Virus record (IMG/VR): IMGVR_UViG_3300044633_001982
Source: a virus
Taxonomy: Duplodnaviria > Caudoviricetes
Strand: one strand, 5' to 3'
DNA length: 64,000 nucleotides
The notes beneath the pieces were generated by a model. It had not been told where the DNA came from, made no database searches, and saw nothing but the letters and a program-made list of their open reading frames with translations. Within the stretch, counting starts at the first letter, position 1, and every line of letters starts with the position of its first letter. The position numbers were made by a program, and so were the translations under genes. Below are positions 10,521-20,606 of this stretch, one piece after another.

Positions 10521-11661
10521 TTATAATTTTACTTATTTTTTGAATTTCATTAATCGTTAAATCTTGATGATTTGGAATGTAAAATCCGTATTTATCAATT
10601 AATTCGCAATTTTTTAAATCAATTTTTCCGTAGTTTTCATACCACATTGGTTTATTTGACATGTTACCTGCAATAAGTGGTCTAACTTCAATATTATTTT
10701 TAATTAATTCATTAACAATTTTTTCTTTATTTTTGTTAACAATTGGTAACGCAAAATTTGATATAAAATTATTATCATCAATTTTTATATTTAAATCATT
10801 CACATTAATTAAATCTAAATAATTTTTAAAATTTTGATTTCTAATTAAACAATATTTGTCTAATTTATCAATAGCTCTAAGACCAATAAACGCTTGTAAA
10901 TCTGTAGACCGTAGATTGAACCCAGGTACGTAAAAGTTATATAAAGACGTGAAGTCATCTACAGAATATTTTTCACGTAATGATTTTTGTTTTTCTAACG
11001 GTAAATCTCTATCCCAACCGTGACTTCTCATCATTAATAATAAATGATAAAAATCTTCATCATTAGTATTAATAAACCCGCCTTCAATTGTACTTAAATG
11101 GTGTCCAAAATACATTGAAAAAAATGACGCAAACCCAAAAGAACCTAAATAATCGTTTTTATATTTTGACCCCATACTCTCACACACATCTTCAAATAGT
11201 ACAACGTCATATTTTTCACATAAACTTATAATTTTTTCCATGTCAGGAACTAAACCTAATGGAGATACTAAAATAAATGATGATGGGGACTCGGTTTTAA
11301 AAATATGTTCTAAGTGTTCTAAGTCACAAGACAAATCTTCTAAATTACAATCACACATAATTGGTTCCATACCAAGTAATATTGGAGAACTAACGTCTGT
11401 TGCCCAACTTAATGATGGAATTACTATTTTTTTATTTTTAATTTTTTTTGAATATAAAAAAGCGGCTAATGAAAGTAATATTGACGAGGACCCTGAATTA
11501 ACAAAAACCGAATATTTTGTCCCAATTTTTTTCGCCCATTTTTTTTCTAATTCAATAGTTAAATCACCTTTAGTTAACCTAGGTATCTCATCTTGAGATA
11601 ACCATTCTACAAGATACTTAATATCTTCTTTATTTATCGTATCACTTACTAATTTTATCAT
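10507..11661 (-). CDS. colD: ColD-like GDP-4-keto-6-deoxymannose 3-dehydratase (DegT/DnrJ family)
   Basis: FVNSGSSS, EDVCES, YFGHHLSTIEGG with His where aminotransferases have the Schiff-base Lys, RSHGWDRDLP, PGFNLR; lies between gmd and an fcl-like gene. Confidence 0.8.
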   Translation of the reverse strand: MIKLVSDTINKEDIKYLVEWLSQDEIPRLTKGDLTIELEKKWAKKIGTKYSVFVNSGSSSILLSLAAFLYSKKIKNKKIVIPSLSWATDVSSPILLGMEPIMCDCNLEDLSCDLEHLEHIFKTESPSSFILVSPLGLVPDMEKIISLCEKYDVVLFEDVCESMGSKYKNDYLGSFGFASFFSMYFGHHLSTIEGGFINTNDEDFYHLLLMMRSHGWDRDLPLEKQKSLREKYSVDDFTSLYNFYVPGFNLRSTDLQAFIGLRAIDKLDKYCLIRNQNFKNYLDLINVNDLNIKIDDNNFISNFALPIVNKNKEKIVNELIKNNIEVRPLIAGNMSNKPMWYENYGKIDLKNCELIDKYGFYIPNHQDLTINEIQKISKIINENG

Positions 11662-12550
11662 AAACTTGTTTTATACCTTTTTCAAAAGGTAATGGACTAA
11701 AATTGGGAAGTAAATTATTTAACTTGTCTATTGACACATCTTTTCGGTATTGTCCATCAGGTTTTGTAGAATCAAAATTAATTTTAATATGTCCTAAGTT
11801 TAAAGAGTTTAACGAAATTTCAGCAATTTCTCTGATTGATAAATTTTCTTTATTTGCCACATTAAAACTTTCATATATATTCTTTGTTAAACATTCATTA
11901 ATAACCCAAGCTAAATCATCGGAATGCATAAATTGTCTTAATGGATTTCCTGAACCAAATAAAGTGATTTCACTTTGTGATAGTTTATTGGCTTGAATAA
12001 TCTTTTCAAGTAAGGCTGCGACAAAATGACTGTTTTCTCCCATTTTATCATTTTCACCGTATAAATTACAAGGTATTAAATATTGATAATTAGTACCATA
12101 TTGTTTGTTTAAAGAATCTATTTGGACTGCCAAACATCTTTTTGAATAACCGTAGGAAAAGTTAGTAATTGTTGGGGGACCTAAATGTAAATCAGTTTCA
12201 TTCATTGGATATTTTTCTACTGAATCAGGATAAATACACGTTGATAAAATTCCAATAAATTGAGTAACCCCAAATTTATATGAATACTCGACCATGTAAG
12301 TATTCATCTTAATATTTTCAATAAAATAATCGTATGGTTTTTTTATGTTGTCAATAATGCCCCCAACCTTAGCTGCTAAATGAACTATTTTGGTTGGTTT
12401 ATGTGTTTCAAACATACGTTTAACATCGTCTTCTTTAGTTAAATCATAATCTTTTGATGAAACGTATATTGAATGAGGTAGTAATTTTAAAAGTGATTTT
12501 CCTACCATTCCTGAACCACCAGTTATTAAAATTATTTCCTTATCTTTCAT
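11642..12550 (-). CDS. fcl: GDP-L-fucose/colitose synthase (Fcl/ColC-like reductase)
   Basis: LITGGSGMVG, HLAAKVGGI, STCIYP, YGYSKR, PCNLYG, GSGNPLRQF, DGQYRK. Confidence 0.9.
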   Translation of the reverse strand: MKDKEIILITGGSGMVGKSLLKLLPHSIYVSSKDYDLTKEDDVKRMFETHKPTKIVHLAAKVGGIIDNIKKPYDYFIENIKMNTYMVEYSYKFGVTQFIGILSTCIYPDSVEKYPMNETDLHLGPPTITNFSYGYSKRCLAVQIDSLNKQYGTNYQYLIPCNLYGENDKMGENSHFVAALLEKIIQANKLSQSEITLFGSGNPLRQFMHSDDLAWVINECLTKNIYESFNVANKENLSIREIAEISLNSLNLGHIKINFDSTKPDGQYRKDVSIDKLNNLLPNFSPLPFEKGIKQVYDKISK

Positions 12551-13211
12551 TTAAATAATCTATAATTTTATGCCTATCAATATCCATTAATCCCCTTTTG
12601 GTGTCAAATTCCCACTCAGTCTCCTCAAATCGTTTTAAAGTTTCTAATTTGTCCGATGTTAATTCATCATGTAATCTTATGTGATTAATAGATAAATCTA
12701 TTTGTTTAAATAAACTTAAACCATCTAACATAAAATATAAATAACCGTCATAAAAAACTGATTTAGATACACACCCAATAATGTCTAAAATACTTTTCGA
12801 TATTATTGGGAAATACCAAGTCTCGTTATGTGGGAATGCCGGATTATGATGTAAACAAATGAATTCACCCGAATACGGTTTAACTAAAGTATCCCATTTA
12901 TCAGTAATTATTGTCATATCGTCATTGGCACAAAATATAAATTCCCCTGAAGATTTTTCATAAAGTTCATTATAGAATTCATTAAGAGATGCGTACCCAT
13001 TTTTTCGCCCCGAAACAACTATAGTTATAAAATTAAATTTATCATATGATTTTAAACCATTAATTGTTTCAGTATCATCGTCGTCTACTTTAACTAATAT
13101 TTCAATATTATTTATATCATCACATTTATCAATTAAAGAATTTAATGTTTGTAATAAAAATTCGATTCTACCCCTACTTGGTAGAATTACACTAATTAAT
13201 TTTTTATTCAT
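12540..13211 (-). CDS. Glycosyltransferase, GT2-like
   Basis: SVILPSRGR, VKVDDDD, CANDDM. Confidence 0.7.
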   Translation of the reverse strand: MNKKLISVILPSRGRIEFLLQTLNSLIDKCDDINNIEILVKVDDDDTETINGLKSYDKFNFITIVVSGRKNGYASLNEFYNELYEKSSGEFIFCANDDMTIITDKWDTLVKPYSGEFICLHHNPAFPHNETWYFPIISKSILDIIGCVSKSVFYDGYLYFMLDGLSLFKQIDLSINHIRLHDELTSDKLETLKRFEETEWEFDTKRGLMDIDRHKIIDYLNER

Positions 13212-13510
13212 TTTTTATCAAAAAAAATATTGTCGTTTATTGCTTTATCGTCAATAAAAATATCGGCATTTAATTTAATTCCAACTCTTAATTTATGATA
13301 GTTAACTCCCCAATCTTTTAATTGGGAAGATGTAATATCCTCCCAATTAATTCCGGTTGTTGAACCTCTTGCAGTGTCTATAAGAATGGTATTTCCATCA
13401 TTATAAAGTTTATTTACTAAATTAATTCTTTCATGAAATGGTTTTGCGTTTAAATAATCACCGTCTGTATTGGTACAAAGAGTACCATCTAAATCAAAAC
13501 AATAAATCAT
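13208..13510 (-). CDS. Minimal capless HAD-family phosphatase
   Basis: FDLDGTLC motif I, TARG motif II, FIDDKA motif IV. Confidence 0.75.
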   Translation of the reverse strand: MIYCFDLDGTLCTNTDGDYLNAKPFHERINLVNKLYNDGNTILIDTARGSTTGINWEDITSSQLKDWGVNYHKLRVGIKLNADIFIDDKAINDNIFFDKK

Positions 13511-14347
13511 TTATTTTAAAATATTATTAACTTTTCTTAGTTTTTTTGCAATTGGTTTTTCAGTTTCGTATACCACTTTAACACCATCTCCCATAATTGA
13601 CTCAATTTTTCTAATTCCTGAAACTAATTCCTCAGAGTGTTCAATTGACGCCGCTTGGTCTGAACCATACATAGTTCTATCTTTTGTAATATGATACTCA
13701 ATACATTCAGAGCCTATTGATACTGCCGCAAAACAAGGAATTAATCCACTTGCGTGATTTGAAAAACCTATTTTATAATTTGGGTATTTTTGTTTTAAAG
13801 TTTTAATATAGTTAATATTAAGTTCTTCATCTTTAGTTGGATAGGTACTTGTACACGCCAATACGTACTCAACATTTTTTAAAATGGAAAGTGCCATATT
13901 AATTTCTTCTTCAGTTGACATCCCTGTTGAAACAATTACAGGTTTTCCTGTCTCATTAATACCATTTAAAAATTCTCTGTCGGTTAATAAGGCGGACGCT
14001 ATTTTATGGTACTTAACGTTACAATTTTCATTTATCAATTTTAAACTATTTAAATCCCAACATGAGACAATAAAATCCAAACCTAAATTATTAGAAAACG
14101 ATTCTAAAATTTTGTATTGTTCAATACTAAATTCTAAACCCATTTTTTGTTCACGATTAGTTGTCCCCCAAGGAGATTCTCTATATGCATCTAATTCTTC
14201 TTTAGTATATACTGAGTCAATATCTCTTTTTTGAAATTTGACTGCATCACATCCTGATGATTGTGCTTTAATAATTAATTCTTTGGCCAAATCTAAATCA
14301 CCATTATGATTAATTCCGATTTCTGCAATAATGTACGTTTTTTTCAT
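13511..14347 (-). CDS. neuB: N-acetylneuraminate synthase-family (NeuB-like) ulosonate synthase
   Basis: IIAEIGINHNGD, DAVKFQKR, KIASA, STGMS, CTSTYP, GFSNH, IEYHIT, DQAASIE. Start reassigned to MKKTY at 14347. Confidence 0.92.
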   Translation of the reverse strand: MKKTYIIAEIGINHNGDLDLAKELIIKAQSSGCDAVKFQKRDIDSVYTKEELDAYRESPWGTTNREQKMGLEFSIEQYKILESFSNNLGLDFIVSCWDLNSLKLINENCNVKYHKIASALLTDREFLNGINETGKPVIVSTGMSTEEEINMALSILKNVEYVLACTSTYPTKDEELNINYIKTLKQKYPNYKIGFSNHASGLIPCFAAVSIGSECIEYHITKDRTMYGSDQAASIEHSEELVSGIRKIESIMGDGVKVVYETEKPIAKKLRKVNNILK

Positions 14348-14370
14348 TTTATTTGTTTTTTTTATTTTTA

Positions 14371-14949
14371 TTATTTTTTGAAAATTTGAGATTCGACTAA
14401 TTCTAATATTGTATGACCTAAAATCATATGACACTCTTGTATTCTTGCGGTATCATTTGAAGGAATGATAATTGATATATCTGAAATATCTTTAATTTCT
14501 CCCCCATCATTACCCAAAAAAGAAATAACGTGACCAAGTTCATTTTCAATAGATTTAATTGCCTTTATTACATTTTTAGATTTACCTGAAGTTGAGAATG
14601 ATATTAACACATCACCTTCATTAAAAGATGATTTAATCTCTCTTGAAAAGATTTCATCATATGAGTAGTCATTTGCTACTGCAGTTAAATATGAAAAATT
14701 AGAACCTAATAAAACAACTTCTAAAGGGTTCCTATCAAAATAGAATCGACCACTTAATTCCGCAGATAAATGTTGTGCATCTGAAAAACTACCACCATTA
14801 CCACAAAAATAAACTTTGTTACCTCTACCGTAACATTCGATTATTTTATTTGCAACTAACTCAATATTTTTTAACATGTTAACATCGTTTAAAATATTTT
14901 GTTTAAGTTCAATAGATTTTTTAATATTTTTAATAATTTTTTCTACCAT
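14371..14949 (-). CDS. gmhA: GmhA-type phosphoheptose isomerase (SIS domain)
   Basis: CGNGGSFSDAQHLSAEL, TAVANDY, GDVLISFSTSGKS, RIQECH. Confidence 0.88.
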   Translation of the reverse strand: MVEKIIKNIKKSIELKQNILNDVNMLKNIELVANKIIECYGRGNKVYFCGNGGSFSDAQHLSAELSGRFYFDRNPLEVVLLGSNFSYLTAVANDYSYDEIFSREIKSSFNEGDVLISFSTSGKSKNVIKAIKSIENELGHVISFLGNDGGEIKDISDISIIIPSNDTARIQECHMILGHTILELVESQIFKK

Positions 14950-14953
14950 TTTT

Positions 14954-15841
14954 TTATTTTTGACAAATTGAAATTATTGTATCTGTTAAATTATTTTTAT
15001 TTAAAATTTTAAAATACTCTCGGTCAATTGACCCCCCATTAATCTCTTTAAAAATATTTTGACCACCTGGTTTACCGTCCTTTAACCAATATAAATGATT
15101 TGATAACCCATATCTTTGTAAACCATTTATTTTTATATTTTTAAATCCTGAGATTTTTAAATATTTTTTTAAACTGTTCTTTGTGTGAAGAATTAAATGT
15201 TCACTCCAAAAAGTATATTCTTTAAATGATTCCAAATTATACAATGTAATCAAAGCGTCATTTGCATTTGGTACTTCAATTATCAAATACCCATCAGGAT
15301 TAAGTATTGTATGTATTTTTTCTAAAATTTCAAGTGGGTTAGGAACATGTTCAAAAACATGAAATAAAGTAATTACGTCAAATTTTATATTATTATTAAT
15401 AATTTCTTCAATTGATTCAAATATGGTATAATTTAATTTTCTTAAATTATCTGCGATATTTTTTTGTGGCTCTAAACCACTAACATTGGTTGTCACTTGT
15501 TTTGCCATATCTAATACTCCACCTAAACCACACCCAAAATCTAAATAAGATTTATTTTCAATAAGATGGGATATTGATTTAAATCTTCTAATATCATCTC
15601 CGTATGTCAGTTCTAAAGCTTCATCTCTAGTTTTAGATTCCCAATATGAAAAATTTTCCATTTCTGTATAATGCTCATTTGATACGTGGTCTAAATTTTT
15701 AAGAAAAATAACTCCTGATTTTTTACACCTCATTACAGGTATGTTTTTGTTATCCCTTACATATGGATAAAATTCCTCAATCTTATTTTTATCGATTATT
15801 TTAAGGTCTATTAATTCTAAATATAAATTATTGTTTACCAT
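14954..15841 (-). CDS. Class I SAM-dependent methyltransferase
   Basis: LDFGCGLGG, FDVITLFHVFEHV, IIEVPN. Confidence 0.88.
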   Translation of the reverse strand: MVNNNLYLELIDLKIIDKNKIEEFYPYVRDNKNIPVMRCKKSGVIFLKNLDHVSNEHYTEMENFSYWESKTRDEALELTYGDDIRRFKSISHLIENKSYLDFGCGLGGVLDMAKQVTTNVSGLEPQKNIADNLRKLNYTIFESIEEIINNNIKFDVITLFHVFEHVPNPLEILEKIHTILNPDGYLIIEVPNANDALITLYNLESFKEYTFWSEHLILHTKNSLKKYLKISGFKNIKINGLQRYGLSNHLYWLKDGKPGGQNIFKEINGGSIDREYFKILNKNNLTDTIISICQK

Positions 15842-16653
15842 ACTGTTTTACCTCCATCAATTATTAAATTAGTTCCTGTCATATAAGAACTCGCGTCAGA
15901 ACACATAAAAACAATTGCCCCTTTGTATTCGTCAATATGGGCCATTCTTCCCATTGGGATAATATTACTTAGTTTATTTACAAAATCAATAGGATGGTCA
16001 TTATACACACCTGTTGGGCTTAAACAATTGACTCTTATATTGTTTTTTGCGAAATAAGTTGATAAGTATTTTGTCATCCCGACTACCGCCCATTTAGCTG
16101 CGGAATATGTTATTGGTTTAACGTTCTGTTCTTCTTCTTTTTTTGACTCATCACGATATATTCTTTGGTCAGGAGCAATTACACCTAAATCTGATGAAAT
16201 ATTTAAAACAACTCCCCCTCCTGTTTTTAACATCTTATTACAAATAACTTGAGAAGTCATAAACGTTCCATTTATAATTGCATCAATCCCTTCTTTAAAG
16301 TAAGATTCACTCATAACCTCAAATCTTGTTTCAGGAGTTAAACTATTATCATCTTTTGTTACCTTTGGGTCTTTAGCCGCATTATTAATTAATATGTCAA
16401 TTCTATCATATTTTTCACTAACAACTTCAATAGTGTCTTTTTTAGTGACATCCATATATTCTATACTGATATTTTCTATACCATATTTTTCTGAAAGATA
16501 CTGATACTTTTCTTTTAAATTATCCATATTAACATCTGTCAAAATTACTTTTGCTCCATACTCTAAGAGAGCTTCGGCGTGTTTTGGACCCAATAAACCA
16601 CCAGCACCTGTTATAAGTGCAATTTTACCATCTAAATCAAATAAGTTTCTCAT
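15835..16653 (-). CDS. Short-chain dehydrogenase/reductase (PtmA-like)
   Basis: ITGAGGLLG, LINNAA, YSAAK, IRVNCLSP, GTNLIIDGG. Confidence 0.9.
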   Translation of the reverse strand: MRNLFDLDGKIALITGAGGLLGPKHAEALLEYGAKVILTDVNMDNLKEKYQYLSEKYGIENISIEYMDVTKKDTIEVVSEKYDRIDILINNAAKDPKVTKDDNSLTPETRFEVMSESYFKEGIDAIINGTFMTSQVICNKMLKTGGGVVLNISSDLGVIAPDQRIYRDESKKEEEQNVKPITYSAAKWAVVGMTKYLSTYFAKNNIRVNCLSPTGVYNDHPIDFVNKLSNIIPMGRMAHIDEYKGAIVFMCSDASSYMTGTNLIIDGGKTVW

Positions 16654-17420
16654 ATAATTTTATTAATTTTTTTTAACGTTTCGGATATGTAATTTACTTC
16701 GTTACATTCAACTTCTCTCGCGAGTTGTAAAATTACATTTTCATTATAGTTAATTTTTTTTAATATTTCAAATATTACTTTAAAATTTGTATCCCCAAAT
16801 CCAAACAATTTTGTTTCTCCTTGATAATTTCTATCTTTAATGTGAATATTTTTAATTTTATTACCAAAATACTGTATTAATTCTTGGTGATTAATATTTT
16901 CTTTATAAAAAGATGTAAAATTACCAGTGTCGTAGGTAATAAAAAAATTATCCATTCTATTCACAATTTTCATAACAATTTCTTTTTTACATTCAAATTC
17001 AAAACAAAAATCTATGTTTGGATATTTTACTGAAATAGGTACAAAATTCTTTAAAAATTTATATCTAATTGATATATCAGTAACTGAACTATCCTCAAGT
17101 AAAGGAATGACAACTTTTTTAATTTTTAATTCAGTCATTCTATTTAAAACAGGAATTAAATTTTTATTTAAAAATTTTTTTTTATAAAAATTTGTGTTAA
17201 CCATAGTGTCGACACATACGGATAAAATATTTTTAGGAAGATTATTATTAGTAAAAAATGGATTGGTTAAATTATCTTTTGGGGTAATTAACCACTCAAT
17301 ACCTGATATACCAATATGTTTAATATGATTAAATTCATTTTCCCAAGTATCTATTGGAAACTCTTGCATTTTATTATCGATAGGTTTACTTAACCTACCC
17401 TGTAATATCCCAATTTTCAT
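16650..17420 (-). CDS. Sugar-phosphate isomerase/epimerase (xylose-isomerase-like TIM barrel)
   Basis: IGILQGRLS, FEFE, YDTGN, HIKDR, GDTNF. Confidence 0.75.
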   Translation of the reverse strand: MKIGILQGRLSKPIDNKMQEFPIDTWENEFNHIKHIGISGIEWLITPKDNLTNPFFTNNNLPKNILSVCVDTMVNTNFYKKKFLNKNLIPVLNRMTELKIKKVVIPLLEDSSVTDISIRYKFLKNFVPISVKYPNIDFCFEFECKKEIVMKIVNRMDNFFITYDTGNFTSFYKENINHQELIQYFGNKIKNIHIKDRNYQGETKLFGFGDTNFKVIFEILKKINYNENVILQLAREVECNEVNYISETLKKINKII

Positions 17421-17830
17421 AATAACTCAACAAATTCAATTATATTATTTTCAGGGTCTTTTGCGAAAAAAACTTTAACGGTTTTTTCATCTGAAATTAT
17501 TGGATTATTTATCACTGATAAACCATTGTCTATCATTATTTTGTGTAAATTTTCAGAATCTTTTACTGTTAGTGCGAAATGAGTATACCCATTAGAAAAC
17601 AAATTTTTTTCAATTAACTCACAATTTTTAAAAAATAAAAGTTCAACAATTGTAGAGTTATCTTTACCTAACTTAATAATTCTTGGGGACAATTCTTTAG
17701 AATTTAATATATGGTTTAAAAAGTGTCCACTTTCAATTTTATCATACATTATATCTAATCCTAAAATTTTATGATAGAACCAAATCATTCTATCGATATC
17801 ATTTACTACAATTCCAACGTGTCTAAACAT
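17417..17830 (-). CDS. VOC/glyoxalase-family protein
   Basis: HVGIVVND...FYHKILG, THFALTV, DPENNIIEFVE. Confidence 0.85.
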   Translation of the reverse strand: MFRHVGIVVNDIDRMIWFYHKILGLDIMYDKIESGHFLNHILNSKELSPRIIKLGKDNSTIVELLFFKNCELIEKNLFSNGYTHFALTVKDSENLHKIMIDNGLSVINNPIISDEKTVKVFFAKDPENNIIEFVELL

Positions 17831-19143
17831 TCTATTAAACTTTCTTTTAATACGTTAATACCTTCAATTAGTGCGTCATCTGAAATAGTAAGTGGGGGAC
17901 CTATTTTTAATGTCCCTGATTGAGTTCTAATTGATAACAATCCTTTTCTCATTGCAATTTCAATTAGTCTATCAACAAAATCAATATTATTACCGTCAGG
18001 TGATTCTATAAAAACTCCAGCTAACAAACCTTGGCAATTTACTTTCTTAACGTATTTTGACATTTGATGTTTCCATTCTAATAACTCAGACTCCATTAAT
18101 TTGCCCTTCCTCATTGATTCATTAATTAAATCATTTTCAATAAGGAATTTAACAGAGGCCTCAGACGCCGCAACCGCAACTGGATTCCCACCGTGAGTAC
18201 TATTATAAGACATATCAGTATTAATAATTTTATTGTTTGTTATGACACAAGATAGTGGTAATGACGATGAAATGCCTTTAGCACAAACAATAATATCAGG
18301 AATAATTTCAAAATGTTCATATGCAAAAAGTTTACCAGTTCTACCAAATCCTGATTGAATTTCATCTATGATTAATAAAACTTCATTTTTGGTACACCAT
18401 TCTCTTAGTAATTGTATGTATTCTTTAGACGCAAATTCCGCGGACCATCCTTGATATGGTTCCATTATGACTGCGGAATACTCATTAGGGTTGAGGTCTT
18501 TAAAATATTTTTCAAATAATTCTTTAGGAGATAAATTTTCATTTTTTATTGTGATTGAGTCAGGGTATGGTAAATGTGTTACGTAAGTTTTAACAGGTAT
18601 CCATTCTTGTGATTTGAATTTTCCCCCAACCATTGCGGAACCCATTGTTTTACCGTGATAACCATTATTAAATGAAATAACTTTGTTCTTATGGTTATAC
18701 TTAATTGACATCTTAATTGCACATTCAACTGATTCAGAGCCAGTTGATAAAAATAAAACCTTATCAAATTTTTCAGGGGTTATTTCAACAAGTAGTTTTG
18801 AAAACTCAGACCTTTCTTTTGTTGGGTAGTAGTAGGCGTTCAATAAGTTCCTATTTGTTTTTGAGATAATCGCCTCTTTTACTTTAGGGTTTGAGTGACC
18901 AACATTTGTAACAAATATTGAAGATGTAAAATCAATCCATTTATTACCTGAAACATCATAAACCGAATAATCAAGTGCCGAATCCCAAACAATTGGTAAT
19001 TGGTCATTCATTGAATTAGGTTCGTAATTAATACAATCCTGTATTATTTTGATAGTTTCCGGTGATGGAATTTTAGTTTGAATACATCTATTTTTTGTTT
19101 TTATTTTTACACATTCTATTGGGGTTTTTGAAAACTCATACAT
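17806..19143 (-). CDS. Class III PLP aminotransferase
   Basis: DVSGNKWIDF, NVGHSNP, STGSESVE, YHGKT, DEIQSGFGRTG, PDIIVCAKGIS, STHGGNP. Confidence 0.93.
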   Translation of the reverse strand: MYEFSKTPIECVKIKTKNRCIQTKIPSPETIKIIQDCINYEPNSMNDQLPIVWDSALDYSVYDVSGNKWIDFTSSIFVTNVGHSNPKVKEAIISKTNRNLLNAYYYPTKERSEFSKLLVEITPEKFDKVLFLSTGSESVECAIKMSIKYNHKNKVISFNNGYHGKTMGSAMVGGKFKSQEWIPVKTYVTHLPYPDSITIKNENLSPKELFEKYFKDLNPNEYSAVIMEPYQGWSAEFASKEYIQLLREWCTKNEVLLIIDEIQSGFGRTGKLFAYEHFEIIPDIIVCAKGISSSLPLSCVITNNKIINTDMSYNSTHGGNPVAVAASEASVKFLIENDLINESMRKGKLMESELLEWKHQMSKYVKKVNCQGLLAGVFIESPDGNNIDFVDRLIEIAMRKGLLSIRTQSGTLKIGPPLTISDDALIEGINVLKESLIECLDTLEL

Positions 19144-19807
19144 ATTTTTTATTTTTAATTAGATATTCAATATACTCAAAATCTTCTATTGTGTCAATTT
19201 CTTGAGTTAAATTTGTTACATAAGAATATATTTTTTTCCCGTATAAGTTATCCCCTTTCATAAAAATTTCTGGTTTTACAATATCAATATAACCATTAGG
19301 GACATATGTTTTTGGATACGATTGTCTAGGATTATTTTGGTCCATATTTTCTACTATTGGATACCATAGTCCTCTTTTTTTAATAAAAAATTTATACGCG
19401 GATTCAGACATTTCATGTCCTGACCTAAGACTTGTAACCAAATGTTTATTTTTTTCAAATTCAAAAATTGCATCATCTAAAATATGTGGTTTTATAAGAG
19501 GGGTTGTGGCTCTTAAATGAACAATTGGGGAATTTATATTGGTAACATTACAAAAATGTTTAAATGCATCAATATCTAAAGAATTATCTTGACATAGTTC
19601 TAAAGGTCTATCAATAATTTTTACTCCATATGATAAAGAAATTTTTTTAATATCCTGACAATCTGTTGAGACATAAATTTCATTAATGTTACTTGTTTTT
19701 TTGGCGGCTTCAATTACGTAACCAATTAGTGGAACTCCATTTAATTCTTTAATATTTTTTTGAGGGACACCCTTACTTCCGCCCCGAGCTAAAATTAAAC
19801 AAACCAT
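19136..19807 (-). CDS. neuA: CMP-ulosonate (acylneuraminate) cytidylyltransferase
   Basis: ILARGGSKGVPQKNIKELNGVPLI, VSTD, RATTP, PNGYID, EIDTIEDF. Start taken as MVCL at 19807. Confidence 0.92.
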   Translation of the reverse strand: MVCLILARGGSKGVPQKNIKELNGVPLIGYVIEAAKKTSNINEIYVSTDCQDIKKISLSYGVKIIDRPLELCQDNSLDIDAFKHFCNVTNINSPIVHLRATTPLIKPHILDDAIFEFEKNKHLVTSLRSGHEMSESAYKFFIKKRGLWYPIVENMDQNNPRQSYPKTYVPNGYIDIVKPEIFMKGDNLYGKKIYSYVTNLTQEIDTIEDFEYIEYLIKNKKYV

Positions 19808-19808
19808 A

Positions 19809-20603
19809 TTATTTTTCCGCAATTATAATAAATTCAGTACCATCACAATTAAATTCACCTAACTCCCAATCTTGAAAAAAGATAATATTTTTAAAACCAA
19901 CCGACAACAACAAATTTTTTATTTGTTCTTTATTATAAATTTTTAAAATTACCGACGAATTACTCTTTTTATTTTCATCCCTTGAAATAAATGTTTTATC
20001 CCACGTTAAAAAATTATTTGAGTCGTCAAATTTACAATCCCAAAGAGAATATTGCCATGGGTCAGGATAATCAAACTCATCCCAAATTTTACCACCCATT
20101 TTAATAGAATCTAAAATTTTTTTACACCCATCGAGTTCAATTATTATCTTACCATTTTTTTTCAAAGTTTCATAAACATCCTTTAATAATTTAATTTCAA
20201 AACCTTCGGATATTGGTTCACAAAACTGAAAAGATAAATCTGACATATAACATAAATCAATATTAGAAAAATTATATTTTTTTAAATTTAAAAAATTATC
20301 ACATATATTTTTAACATTTTCTATGTTTAAATCACGTCTCCAATTTTCCGCAAAATTAAATCTGTCTTCACTTATTTCAAATCCGTACCCAAAATTGAGT
20401 AAATTTTTTAAATTCAAATTATATAATAATTTTGAATTACCTGAACCCAATTCTAAAATATTAATTTTTTCTTTAAAAAAAGAATTTATAAATTTTAAAT
20501 TTTTTTCACAATCGTTTAATTTATTTTGACGATATTTTTCCATTTCGTTTTTATCGTAAAATATTTCATACCCATTATAAGCTGTTAAATTTTTGTGTGA
20601 CAT
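19809..20603 (-). CDS. Class I SAM-dependent methyltransferase
   Basis: ILELGSGNS motif I; LKKNGKIIIE. Confidence 0.75.
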   Translation of the reverse strand: MSHKNLTAYNGYEIFYDKNEMEKYRQNKLNDCEKNLKFINSFFKEKINILELGSGNSKLLYNLNLKNLLNFGYGFEISEDRFNFAENWRRDLNIENVKNICDNFLNLKKYNFSNIDLCYMSDLSFQFCEPISEGFEIKLLKDVYETLKKNGKIIIELDGCKKILDSIKMGGKIWDEFDYPDPWQYSLWDCKFDDSNNFLTWDKTFISRDENKKSNSSVILKIYNKEQIKNLLLSVGFKNIIFFQDWELGEFNCDGTEFIIIAEK

Positions 20604-20606
20604 TTT

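Noticed and set aside
10507-11661. GDP-perosamine synthase (Per/RfbE)
   Set aside because: The active-site segment has His (GHHLSTIEGG) rather than Lys, and a downstream Fcl/ColC-type reductase fits colitose better.
14371-14949. Complete ADP- or GDP-heptose pathway
   Set aside because: Only GmhA is present; no HldE/HddA kinase, GmhB or nucleotidyltransferase of that pathway is in the window.
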